IMG/VR virus record: IMGVR_UViG_3300045988_028614
Location: 1 to 40,263 of that record
Source of the DNA: a virus
Reading direction: 5' to 3' (one strand)
Length of the DNA stretch: 40,263 bases
Shown: piece after piece, positions 17,293 through 24,688 of the stretch
Numbering within the stretch: position 1 is the first letter of the stretch
Layout of the letters: every line of letters starts with the position of its first letter
Notes under the pieces: model-generated
The model's database searches: none
Told to the model about the DNA's origin: nothing
What the model saw: only the letters and a program-made list of their open reading frames with translations
Translations under genes and position numbers: made by a program

Positions 17293-17586
17293 ATGGATAA
17301 AGACAAGGAAATTCAATTATTATCAAATGAAACCTTTATGGAAATAATGAAGCACCAAAGACAAACGTTAGAAGGTTATAAAAAGATTTGTTTAGCTTGT
17401 TTAGCTACAGTGGTTTTAAGTATAACAATAATGTGTGGTAGTGCTATTTATTTCTTTGCTAATTATGAAGCTGAAATAATAGAAGAAACAACAACTACTT
17501 ACGAGCAACAATCTGATGGAGAATCTCAAATTATAAATGGTAATTCTTATAACGATAATTCAATCCATAACGCTAAGGGGGACTAA
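17293..17586 (+). CDS. Membrane protein of unknown function (lysis-cassette associated)
   Basis: 97 aa, RBS aggaggt, one TM (ICLACLATVVLSITIMCGSAIYFF). Confidence 0.5.
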   Translation: MDKDKEIQLLSNETFMEIMKHQRQTLEGYKKICLACLATVVLSITIMCGSAIYFFANYEAEIIEETTTTYEQQSDGESQIINGNSYNDNSIHNAKGD

Positions 17587-17589
17587 TAA

Positions 17590-17655
17590 ATGGGTGTTCG
17601 GCAAAAGAAAACAGTAACAAGAAAAAGAAAAGTAAGATTTAAGAAAAAGAGGTAA
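17590..17655 (+). CDS. Possible 21-aa polybasic peptide (MGVRQKKTVTRKRKVRFKKKR)
   Basis: ATG preceded by aaggggga at appropriate spacing. The ORF fills the whole intergenic gap. It is very short and may be fortuitous. Confidence 0.2.
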   Translation: MGVRQKKTVTRKRKVRFKKKR

Positions 17656-17659
17656 TCTT

Positions 17660-17920
17660 ATGAATAGAGAAGATATAAAGAAGGTGCTTGATTGCCCTTC
17701 TAAACCTCTTCTAATGTTAGCCTTAGAATTGGTTAACCTTAAAGATAAAGAACGTTTAGCGATTGAATTAGTGGATATAAGGGGTATGACACAAGAAAAA
17801 GCATCTATAAAAATAGATTGCAGTATTAAAAGTGTTACCAATTATAGAAATAAAGCTTATAAGAAGTTAGGAAAAGCTTGGGAAAATCAAGAATTGATTA
17901 AGAAGATTTTGGAGGGATAG
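17660..17920 (+). CDS. Sigma-70 region-4-like HTH protein (putative transcription regulator or late activator)
   Basis: 86 aa. LKDKERLAIELVDIRGMTQEKASIKIDCSIKSVTNYRNKAYKKLGK resembles sigma region 4.2 / LuxR-type HTH domains. Confidence 0.55.
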   Translation: MNREDIKKVLDCPSKPLLMLALELVNLKDKERLAIELVDIRGMTQEKASIKIDCSIKSVTNYRNKAYKKLGKAWENQELIKKILEG

Positions 17921-17937
17921 AGATATCTCTCTTTTTT
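17919..17937 (+). terminator. Rho-independent terminator
   Basis: Palindrome agagatatctct followed by tttttt. Confidence 0.5.
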
Positions 17938-18052
17938 ATGGGAATTTTGAAATGCCTATAAAATGAAAGATATAAATTAACAAGGTGCTTCTTTATAATT
18001 GGAAATGAGTCTATAAGCCAACTTTCAAGTAACGACCTAGAGGTTGTTTCTT

Positions 18053-18391
18053 GTGAAATTGCAAGAATTAATAAGAGTAAGAGAAGATGGGAGTAAATTT
18101 GTTAGTGCTAGAGATTTGCATAAGTGGTTAGGGAGTAAGAAAACATTCGATAGATGGAATAGTCAAAACCTTCTATCTGCAAGTTATGACTTTATAAAAT
18201 TCATTGAGTTTTTACCTAATACCACTCAAACCCGCATGGTTGTCGAAAGTGACTTTGAGGTCACTTTCAGAGAAGTGAAAGAGGTGAAAATTAAACTTGC
18301 AAATAACAAAGGGAGTATAAAATATAATAAAACATTTATAATATTAACACTCTTCGGAGTGTTTTTTTATATAAAACTATTGACAAGATAA
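18053..18391 (+). CDS. AntA-like antirepressor N-domain protein
   Basis: GTG at 18053 has agagg 9 nt upstream, whereas the track begins at TTG 18044. VSARDLHKWLGSKKTFDRWNSQNLL..YDFIKF resembles AntA/AntB N-terminal domains. The 3' end reads through a terminator and a promoter, so the true C-terminus is doubtful. Confidence 0.4.
   Translation: MKLQELIRVREDGSKFVSARDLHKWLGSKKTFDRWNSQNLLSASYDFIKFIEFLPNTTQTRMVVESDFEVTFREVKEVKIKLANNKGSIKYNKTFIILTLFGVFFYIKLLTR
18347..18368 (+). terminator. Rho-independent terminator (UUCG loop)
   Basis: acactc-ttcg-gagtgt followed by ttttttt. Confidence 0.7.
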
Positions 18392-18407
18392 TTAACCATG
18401 CTATAAT
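18380..18407 (+). promoter_or_regulatory. Conserved early promoter cassette, copy 1
   Basis: TTGACAagataattaaccatgcTATAATtaaat. Confidence 0.7.
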
Positions 18408-18437
18408 TAAATCATAAGATGTTTAGGAGGTATTAAT

Positions 18438-18611
18438 ATGAAAAGAAACACTTTAAAAGCGTTAAAAAGCTTAAAAGAACAATACAAAGAAAGATCAGAA
18501 GGTTTTGAAAATAAAAATTTCTTTTATGCCGGTGTTATAAGTGGTATAGAAAAAGCTATATCAGAAATAATAATGAATGAGGAGATTGAAGAAGATGAAC
18601 ATAGAATTTAA
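18438..18611 (+). CDS. Hypothetical 57-aa protein (not in the ORF track)
   Basis: ATG with RBS aggaggt 7 nt upstream; MKRNTLKALKSLKEQYKERSEGFENKNFFYAGVISGIEKAISEIIMNEEIEEDEHRI. Confidence 0.55.
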   Translation: MKRNTLKALKSLKEQYKERSEGFENKNFFYAGVISGIEKAISEIIMNEEIEEDEHRI

Positions 18612-18837
18612 TGGAAAGTTTTTATATGATAGTGAAACTGGAGAACGTATATGCTCTATTGAAGATTTAAAAGACAGAGAAAAAGCGGTTTTTATAATAA
18701 GAGAACTTATAGATGAAAGAAGAAATTTTGAAGATGCTTTAGATACTGCTATAGACAGAATTGAAGAACTTGAAGATGATTTAAGAATGTACGAAGATAA
18801 CTATTGTGGTACTTTTAATAGTTGGTTGGAGGATTAA
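18595..18837 (+). CDS. Hypothetical protein
   Basis: An internal ATG of track ORF 18577..18837 with gaggag upstream overlaps the end of the preceding ORF. Acidic, 80 aa. Confidence 0.5.
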   Translation: MNIEFNGKFLYDSETGERICSIEDLKDREKAVFIIRELIDERRNFEDALDTAIDRIEELEDDLRMYEDNYCGTFNSWLED

Positions 18838-18839
18838 AT

Positions 18840-19010
18840 ATGAATGACGGATATTACGCTTTACTTTTAGCAATAATATATGATATAGATGCACATACCG
18901 CTTTTTCATTTATAAAAGGCGCTAGAAAAGATTATGAAAATCTTAAAGATAAAAAAATAACAGAAAGAGATTATCAGGTTGAATTTGATTTGGAGGGATA
19001 TTATGAATAA
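18840..19010 (+). CDS. Hypothetical protein
   Basis: ATG with RBS ggagga. The track ORF starts at TTG 18822. Confidence 0.5.
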   Translation: MNDGYYALLLAIIYDIDAHTAFSFIKGARKDYENLKDKKITERDYQVEFDLEGYYE

Positions 19011-19263
19011 TTATTTTGAGGTTGGCGCTTTATATGAATGCGAGGGTGTTTCATACACTCTCAATAGAAATAATCAAGCTGATTTTGAATTGTACCATGA
19101 TTTAGTTGAAGAGGGAGAACAACCATTACAAGCGTTAAAGATAGCAACTGAAAATCTTTTATATTACATTTGGAACAATGACATAAAAGAGGTTACATTT
19201 GAAGGAACTAAAGAAGAAGTTGAAAGAGAAATGAAATTTTTAGGGTTTAGGAAGGTGTTTTAA
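19003..19263 (+). CDS. Hypothetical protein
   Basis: ATG with RBS ggaggga. 86 aa. Confidence 0.5.
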   Translation: MNNYFEVGALYECEGVSYTLNRNNQADFELYHDLVEEGEQPLQALKIATENLLYYIWNNDIKEVTFEGTKEEVEREMKFLGFRKVF

Positions 19264-19264
19264 T

Positions 19265-19472
19265 ATGAATTTGCTTGAACATTATATTACAAAAAATAGA
19301 TTATGTAAAAGAATTTAATGAATGGAATAATGAAGAGTGGGCTAAAGGAATTGAATTTGTTAAAGTGGGGTTGTGGTGGAGATGTTACAGAGATGAGGAT
19401 GAATTTTCGGAGGAAATTTGGAGGGTTAGCCAATGGGAACAAATAAAAAAGCAAGGTTATTTTATGGGATAG
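19265..19472 (+). pseudogene. Small gene apparently interrupted by a frame change at an A6 tract (19291-19296)
   Basis: The only RBS-linked ATG (19265, aggaaggtg upstream) opens a 17-codon frame. The long ORF (track 19275..19472) is in the +1 frame with only a TTG start and no RBS. Removing one A would fuse them. Confidence 0.4.
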
Positions 19473-19485
19473 AAAGGATTTGAAT

Positions 19486-19839
19486 ATGTTAAAATTTATA
19501 ACCAAGGTTTGGGTAGCTGGTGAAATAAATGATTTCAGAAGAAATAGAAAGAAAAGAAAACAACAAGAAAAAATATTAAAGCAAAATAAAGCACAACAAA
19601 GAGTTGCAGAGCTTGGAATTATAGAGGAAAAGATAAAAGGGAATAATGATTTAGAAGTTAAGTATAAAAGAATAGGCAATCGCTTTTCTATATCGGCTTT
19701 AATTATTATATTAAGTTTATTTTTAACCTTATTTTTCCCGTTTGCTATTATAATAGGAATTGTAAATATACCCATTATAGGTTATTATGGGGCGAAATTA
19801 AATAAATTAAAAAGAGAAATATTAAACAATCAAGGGTAG
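19486..19839 (+). CDS. Membrane protein, basic N-terminus and hydrophobic C-terminal region
   Basis: ATG 19486 after aaagga. RRNRKRKQQEKILKQNKAQQR then LIIILSLFLTLFFPFAIIIGIVNIPIIGYY. Confidence 0.5.
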   Translation: MLKFITKVWVAGEINDFRRNRKKRKQQEKILKQNKAQQRVAELGIIEEKIKGNNDLEVKYKRIGNRFSISALIIILSLFLTLFFPFAIIIGIVNIPIIGYYGAKLNKLKREILNNQG

Positions 19840-19858
19840 AGAAATCTACTCTTTTTTT
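19834..19858 (+). terminator. Rho-independent terminator
   Basis: gggtaga-gaaa-tctactc followed by ttttttt. Confidence 0.65.
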
Positions 19859-19867
19859 ATTTTATAG

Positions 19868-19896
19868 TTGACAGTATATAAAAATAGTGCTATACT
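19868..19896 (+). promoter_or_regulatory. Sigma-A type promoter
   Basis: TTGACA, 17-nt spacer, TGcTATACT. Confidence 0.6.
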
Positions 19897-19925
19897 AAAA
19901 ATATAAATTAAAAGGAGGTTCAAAA

Positions 19926-20162
19926 ATGGTAATAGATTATTGTAGTTTCAATATGATTATTGCAACAATAGAACATGAGGGGGAGATATATGATGTCGTT
20001 TTTAGGAGTAACGGAAATGTTTCAGCTATTTACAAATTCAATTATGAAAATGATGTTGAAACATGTGAATTATTAAAAACAAAATCAACGAAAAAAGTTT
20101 TTGGGGTTATGCCTAGAGAAATATTTATTAAAGCAAAAATAGATTTAAAGGAGAGATTATAA
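19926..20162 (+). CDS. Hypothetical protein
   Basis: 78 aa, RBS aaggaggt. Confidence 0.5.
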   Translation: MVIDYCSFNMIIATIEHEGEIYDVVFRSNGNVSAIYKFNYENDVETCELLKTKSTKKVFGVMPREIFIKAKIDLKERL

Positions 20163-20840
20163 ATGAGCAATATAACAATTTTTAGAAATGAAATATTTGG
20201 AGAAATAAGAGGTATGTTATTAAATAATAAACCTTATTTTGTAGGAAAAGATGTTGCAACTATTTTAGGATATTCTAATCCAACAAAGGCAATTTCAACA
20301 CATTGTAAAGGGGTGTCCAAAATGGGAATACCTTCTAAGGGTGGAGAACAACAGATGTCTATCATACCAGAAGGAGATTTATATAGATTAATAATTAGAT
20401 CAAAATTACCTAAAGCACAGAAATTTGAGGAATGGGTTATGGATGAAGTTTTACCTTCTATAAGGAAAGATGGTTATTATCTAACTAAAAATGCAGATAT
20501 AGAAAAGTTAGAAAAAGAATTACAAATAATCAAAGAAAGAAATCAATTATTATCTCAAGAAAATCAAGCTTTAAGATTCTTTGATAGACAGATAACCGGT
20601 GCTTGGGTAAAAGTTAATTGGGATTTAGATAGTCTAAAAATAGGTGCTATAGATGTTCCAATGGATTTTGTAAAAACATTTATAAGCAAGTATCTAAATA
20701 AGCACGGACAACCTAAGACGGATAGAGAAAGCATACAAAGAGTAAGGTTTATAAATTACAACTTACAATTATCCATGATGTGTATAAAATCAATTTTAAA
20801 TAGTTATAGTAATTTTAATATAAGGAATATGGAAGAATAA
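20163..20840 (+). CDS. BRO-N domain antirepressor-like protein (paralogue 2)
   Basis: FRNEIFGEIRGMLLNNKPYFVGKDVATILGYSNPTKAISTHCKG...IPEGDLYRLIIRSKLPKAQKFEEWVMDEVLPSIRKDGYY. The N-domain is close to that of 9914..10582, while the C-terminal half is unrelated. Confidence 0.8.
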   Translation: MSNITIFRNEIFGEIRGMLLNNKPYFVGKDVATILGYSNPTKAISTHCKGVSKMGIPSKGGEQQMSIIPEGDLYRLIIRSKLPKAQKFEEWVMDEVLPSIRKDGYYLTKNADIEKLEKELQIIKERNQLLSQENQALRFFDRQITGAWVKVNWDLDSLKIGAIDVPMDFVKTFISKYLNKHGQPKTDRESIQRVRFINYNLQLSMMCIKSILNSYSNFNIRNMEE

Positions 20841-20845
20841 TATTA

Positions 20846-20870
20846 AAGCATCCGAAAGGGTGCTTTTTTT
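20846..20870 (+). terminator. Rho-independent terminator (GAAA tetraloop)
   Basis: aagcatcc-gaaa-gggtgcttttttt. Confidence 0.7.
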
Positions 20871-20964
20871 ACGTTTAATTTACCTAAAACTTACCATTTA
20901 TTTCTATTTAAGAACCGTTATAACCTAATGTAAAATTAAAGTATAAAGAACAGGAGGTAATAAT

Positions 20965-21405
20965 ATGAATCCTTATTATAGTGGATATGGAAATTATGGA
21001 ATGAATCCTAATTTCAATCCTAATTTTGCGAATAATAGATTAAACGCTTTAGAACAACAATTTAATCAGCAACAACAACCACAACCAATACAACAAGTTC
21101 AGCAACCTCAATTCCCTTCTATAAGACCAGTTACATCTATAGAAGAAGTTAGAGGAATAACTCCGAACTTCGATGGGAGCAAATTGTGGTTTGAAGATAC
21201 AACAAACAAGAAATTATACACTAAATATATAGATATGAACGGTTTACCTCATATAGATACTTATACGCTTTCTATAGAGGAAGAAAAACCGACAGAAGGT
21301 TATTGTACTAAAGAAGAATATAACGCCTTAAAAAGCGATTTAGACAATTACAAGAATGTATTAGATAGTTTATTAAACCAATTAGGAGGTAATAAGAATG
21401 AATAA
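20965..21405 (+). CDS. Hypothetical protein with an N/Q/Y/P-rich low-complexity N-terminus
   Basis: RBS aggaggt; MNPYYSGYGNYGMNPNFNPNFANN...QQQQPQPIQQVQQPQF followed by a globular C-terminal half. Confidence 0.6.
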   Translation: MNPYYSGYGNYGMNPNFNPNFANNRLNALEQQFNQQQQPQPIQQVQQPQFPSIRPVTSIEEVRGITPNFDGSKLWFEDTTNKKLYTKYIDMNGLPHIDTYTLSIEEEKPTEGYCTKEEYNALKSDLDNYKNVLDSLLNQLGGNKNE

Positions 21406-21625
21406 TAATATGATGCAAATGTTTATGAATATGATGCAAGGCGGGAATCCGCAACAACTAATGAATATGTTTAGTAATAATCCTATGATGGGACAAGCTA
21501 AGAAAATGTTAGAAGGCAAAAACCCTCAACAAATTCAAGAAACTATTATGAATATTGCTAAACAAAAAGGAATGAGCGAAGATCAAGTCAGACAAATGGC
21601 TCAACAATTTGGTATTAAGTTTTAA
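21398..21625 (+). CDS. Hypothetical Met/Gln/Asn-rich small protein
   Basis: 75 aa with 15 Met (MNNNMMQMFMNMMQGGNPQQLMNMFSNNPMMGQ...). RBS aggaggt. Overlaps the upstream gene. Confidence 0.55.
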   Translation: MNNNMMQMFMNMMQGGNPQQLMNMFSNNPMMGQAKKMLEGKNPQQIQETIMNIAKQKGMSEDQVRQMAQQFGIKF

Positions 21626-21654
21626 TTGAAGTTGGATACTTTTTATGTTATAAT
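21626..21654 (+). promoter_or_regulatory. Promoter of the free-standing HNH gene
   Basis: TTGAAG, 17-nt spacer, TGtTATAAT. Confidence 0.5.
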
Positions 21655-21683
21655 AATTGCATATTAACATAAGGAGTGATTTT

Positions 21684-22307
21684 ATGAAGAAAATAGGAGA
21701 AAAAATAGGAAGGTTAACAATCTTAAAAGAGAGCGGTAAGGCTAAAGATGGACACAAGTTGTTTTTGTGTAGATGTGATTGTGGCAATGAAACTTTAGTG
21801 GCATCTAATAATTTTAAAAGCACAAAATCTTGTGGTTGCTTACGTAAGGAAATCCAGTCAAGAAAAGCCAAAAAACATGGATTGTCTAACGAAAGATTGT
21901 ACAAAGAGTATTATTCAATGATGACAAGATGTTACAATCCTAATACTCTTAATTTTAAAAGTTGGGGTGGAAAAGGTATTAAAGTTTGTGAAGAATGGGT
22001 TTCAGACAAAATGAATTTTATTGATTGGTCTTTAAAAAATGGTTATAAAGATGATTTAACTTTAGATAGAATTGATTATCAAAAAGATTATTCTCCATCT
22101 AATTGTAGGTGGATATCTTTAAAGGAACAATCAAGGAATAAAAGTAATAATAAATTTGTTTTAGTAAACGGTAAAAAAAGACAATTATCTTCCGTTTGTG
22201 AAGAATTAAATTTAAATTATCAAAGCATTTACGGTAAAGTTATAAGACGAAAAGGTGCTGTAGTTGTGGGCGAAGGCACTAATAAAATAATAATAGTAAA
22301 GGAGTGA
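21684..22307 (+). CDS. Free-standing HNH-type homing endonuclease-like protein (paralogue of 36938..37561)
   Basis: ATG 21684 with RBS aaggag gives 207 aa, the same length as the intron-borne copy. Shared motifs: GRLT(I/V)L, C.CDCGN, KSCGCL(R/K)KE, GG(K/R)GI(K)(V/I)C(E/D)EW, (L/I)DRID, Y.P.NCRW, Q.RN. Confidence 0.75.
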   Translation: MKKIGEKIGRLTILKESGKAKDGHKLFLCRCDCGNETLVASNNFKSTKSCGCLRKEIQSRKAKKHGLSNERLYKEYYSMMTRCYNPNTLNFKSWGGKGIKVCEEWVSDKMNFIDWSLKNGYKDDLTLDRIDYQKDYSPSNCRWISLKEQSRNKSNNKFVLVNGKKRQLSSVCEELNLNYQSIYGKVIRRKGAVVVGEGTNKIIIVKE

Positions 22308-22313
22308 TTGCAA

Positions 22314-22922
22314 ATGGCAATGACAGAAGGGCTGGGGGTAACACCAGTATACAATTTAGACAATAAAAATGACGACGGATTTTTTGGAGGTGGTGGAAGC
22401 TTAATTTTCTTCTTATTTTTCCTTTTAGCATGGGGAGGAAATGGTTTCGGAGGATTTGGAGGTGCAAATGGTACAGTTGGTCAAATAAACAACGACTTTA
22501 TGTACTCAAACCTTTCTAATCAATTAGGAAGAATACAAGACCAAAATACATTTGCTAACAATACATTGCAACAAGGTTTATGTACAACAACTTATGAACT
22601 TGCTAATAAAATCGGTGGAGTTCAAAACGCTATAGAAGCGTGTTGCTGTGCTACACAAAAAGAGTTATTAATAAACAGATATGAAGCTGAAAAGAACACT
22701 TGCGCTATAACTAATGCTATTCATGCTGACGGTGAAGCTACAAGAGCCTTATTAACTCAAAATACTATACAAGATTTGAGAGATAAATTACAAGCGGCTG
22801 AATTTGGATTAAGTCAAGCGGCACAAACCGCAAGTATAGTGCAACAAATTAGACCTTTCCCATCTCCAGCTTATATAACTTGTTCACCTTATTCAAGTCC
22901 ATACGATTGTGGAATTTGCTAA
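22314..22922 (+). CDS. Membrane-anchored Cys-containing protein of unknown function
   Basis: ATG 22314 with RBS aaaggag. Gly/Phe-rich TM FFGGGGSLIFFLFFLLAWGGNGFGGFGG, a CCC triplet (IEACCCATQKE) and C-terminal ITCSPYSSPYDCGIC. Confidence 0.6.
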   Translation: MAMTEGLGVTPVYNLDNKNDDGFFGGGGSLIFFLFFLLAWGGNGFGGFGGANGTVGQINNDFMYSNLSNQLGRIQDQNTFANNTLQQGLCTTTYELANKIGGVQNAIEACCCATQKELLINRYEAEKNTCAITNAIHADGEATRALLTQNTIQDLRDKLQAAEFGLSQAAQTASIVQQIRPFPSPAYITCSPYSSPYDCGIC

Positions 22923-22948
22923 TTCCCTCATATAGAGGTTGATTTTAT

Positions 22949-22976
22949 AGAGGGGTATAATATACCTCTCTTTTTA
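22949..22976 (+). terminator. Probable terminator
   Basis: Imperfect palindrome gaggggtata/tatacctctc followed by ttttt. Confidence 0.45.
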
Positions 22977-22999
22977 TTTTAAATAAAGGAGGGCGACTT

Positions 23000-23359
23000 A
23001 TGAGTTGTCAATATTGTAATAGAATAATAAAAAGTACAAGTATAGCAGTTACTGGAACTGCACCAAATCAAAGTTTAACTATAACTATTCCAACAACAAC
23101 ATTAACAAATTTGAAAGAATATTGTTTAATAACTTGTCAATCAATTCCTAGCAATGCTGGAACGTTGCCAGTTGTAATTTTGAACGGAACTGCAACTATA
23201 CCGGTTTTATGTAGAAAAGGTAATATTTTAAGAGCAGACCAAATTAGAAGTAGGAGAAAGTACAAAGTAGTTTATGGAAATGATACTTCTCATTTCTTAG
23301 TAGAAAGTCCAGTTTGTCCTACTTCTTATGTGGCTACAGGAGTTTCTGAAAGTGAATAA
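23000..23359 (+). CDS. Cys-containing hypothetical protein
   Basis: 119 aa, RBS aaggaggg; N-terminal SCQYCN and further Cys residues; Thr/Ile-rich beta-like sequence. Confidence 0.55.
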   Translation: MSCQYCNRIIKSTSIAVTGTAPNQSLTITIPTTTLTNLKEYCLITCQSIPSNAGTLPVVILNGTATIPVLCRKGNILRADQIRSRRKYKVVYGNDTSHFLVESPVCPTSYVATGVSESE

Positions 23360-23549
23360 TCAATTAAGAGATTTAGACGCTTTAGCTTTGTTTAGTGGAT
23401 TCTTAGGTGTATTAAACTACACCGAGAATCTAAAACAAACTTCTAATGATGAATTATTGGAAGAATTAAAAAAACAAAATGTTCTATTTTTAGAAACTAT
23501 AATAAAGCAAAATAATGAAATAATCAAATTATTAAAGGAGGGTAAATAA
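23352..23549 (+). CDS. Hypothetical small protein (start uncertain: GTG 23352 or ATG 23328)
   Basis: aggag lies 9 nt before GTG 23352. Contains one hydrophobic segment, LALFSGFLGVL. Confidence 0.45.
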   Translation: MNNQLRDLDALALFSGFLGVLNYTENLKQTSNDELLEELKKQNVLFLETIIKQNNEIIKLLKEGK

Positions 23550-23944
23550 TGGATTACAATAAAATAATAGAAGTTAACGGAAAGATAATTGATAAAGCTT
23601 TGCCTAAAATAGAGAAAGCTATGGTAACCGATAAATGGGATTGTGAATGTGTTGAAGCTATGACCATGGCGCTTGATAATATAAAAGATGCTTTAAAAAT
23701 AGAATCTATGCTAGAAAAAGATAAAACCATGGAATATTCATCAGCTAAAATGGTTTACGAGCCATTAGGAGAAGATACAGAGTTTATGGAGTGTATTTCC
23801 AAGATAATAAATAAACATGGTTTAGAAGCCGGTACAAAAGCAATAATGACTGTTATAAATGAATTAATGGAAGATATGAAAATACTTCACTCAAAAATGT
23901 ATAACAACACTATGATGAAATTGAGGGATATAAAACATGATTAA
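23549..23944 (+). CDS. Hypothetical protein
   Basis: 131 aa, RBS aaggaggg, start overlaps the upstream stop (taATG). Confidence 0.55.
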   Translation: MDYNKIIEVNGKIIDKALPKIEKAMVTDKWDCECVEAMTMALDNIKDALKIESMLEKDKTMEYSSAKMVYEPLGEDTEFMECISKIINKHGLEAGTKAIMTVINELMEDMKILHSKMYNNTMMKLRDIKHD

Positions 23945-24464
23945 GAGTTATGATTTTAACAATGAAGCTATAAAACTATTAAAAGAAGCTATAAATTTAA
24001 GCGCTAGAGGTGAAATGATTCACGATACCCTTAGCAGGTCAGCACACATGAAAGGGTTACAAGGGTTTAAAAGATGGCATAAAGTTCAATCTAAAGAGGA
24101 TAGATGTCATAGGGTGGATTTACAACACTATGTAATTGATATGTTCAGCGAAAACCTCGAACCGTCTTGGGAGGAATTAGAAGGAGTTAAAGAACCTTTA
24201 TCTATAAAGGAACATTTAGAATTGTATTTAGATTGGGAAATCGAAGTTTATACCACTATAGCCTCTATATCTAATAGATTAGTCGCTAAATTCCCTAAAG
24301 AATCTGAAAAAGTCTTAAACCCCCTTTGCGGAGTTTCTAAAGAAATACAAAAGATACGCAGATGGTTACAAGACTTTGAATTCACTGGATATGATGCAAG
24401 TTATATCAAGTTAGTTGATAAAATGCTTCATGATAAAGTTAAAGAAATTGAAGAAAAAGAGTAA
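23937..24464 (+). CDS. Possible ferritin-like four-helix-bundle protein (weak)
   Basis: KGLQGFKRWHKVQSKEDRCHRVDLQHYV resembles the ferritin segment ..G...F......EE..H......Y. (ExxH), with further E-containing helices (EHLELYLDWEIEVY). By-eye similarity only. Confidence 0.3.
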   Translation: MIKSYDFNNEAIKLLKEAINLSARGEMIHDTLSRSAHMKGLQGFKRWHKVQSKEDRCHRVDLQHYVIDMFSENLEPSWEELEGVKEPLSIKEHLELYLDWEIEVYTTIASISNRLVAKFPKESEKVLNPLCGVSKEIQKIRRWLQDFEFTGYDASYIKLVDKMLHDKVKEIEEKE

Positions 24465-24520
24465 TCTTTTTACCTCTTAGAGCATATATATAAAATATAA
24501 AGCTTTAGGAGGTATTTTTT

Positions 24521-24652
24521 ATGAAGAATATTGATAAAATCGCTAACGAATTATTACAAACAAAGACTTGCAAGACTACAAAGGAAGCTTATGAGTATGC
24601 TAGGTATTTAAAGAATTATACTATGATGCTCTACAAACAACAATATAAATAA
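24521..24652 (+). CDS. Hypothetical 43-aa protein (not in the ORF track)
   Basis: ATG with RBS aggaggt; MKNIDKIANELLQTKTCKTTKEAYEYARYLKNYTMMLYKQQYK; followed by a terminator. Confidence 0.45.
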   Translation: MKNIDKIANELLQTKTCKTTKEAYEYARYLKNYTMMLYKQQYK

Positions 24653-24662
24653 ACCATTATAA

Positions 24663-24687
24663 AGGCACTTAATAGGTGTCTTTTTTT
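24663..24687 (+). terminator. Rho-independent terminator
   Basis: ggcact-taata-ggtgtc followed by ttttttt. Confidence 0.55.
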
Positions 24688-24688
24688 A

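Noticed and set aside
18300-18391. The C-terminal roughly 30 residues of the AntA-like ORF as genuine protein sequence
   Set aside because: This part of the frame runs through a UUCG-loop terminator and the next promoter (...FIILTLFGVFFYIKLLTR). It is probably fortuitous read-through to the first stop rather than a functional domain. The gene is kept but flagged.
20965-21130. The N/Q-rich tract as a prion-like domain
   Set aside because: Composition alone is not evidence. The tract is short, and such tracts are common in AT-rich genomes because Asn, Gln and Tyr codons are AT-rich.
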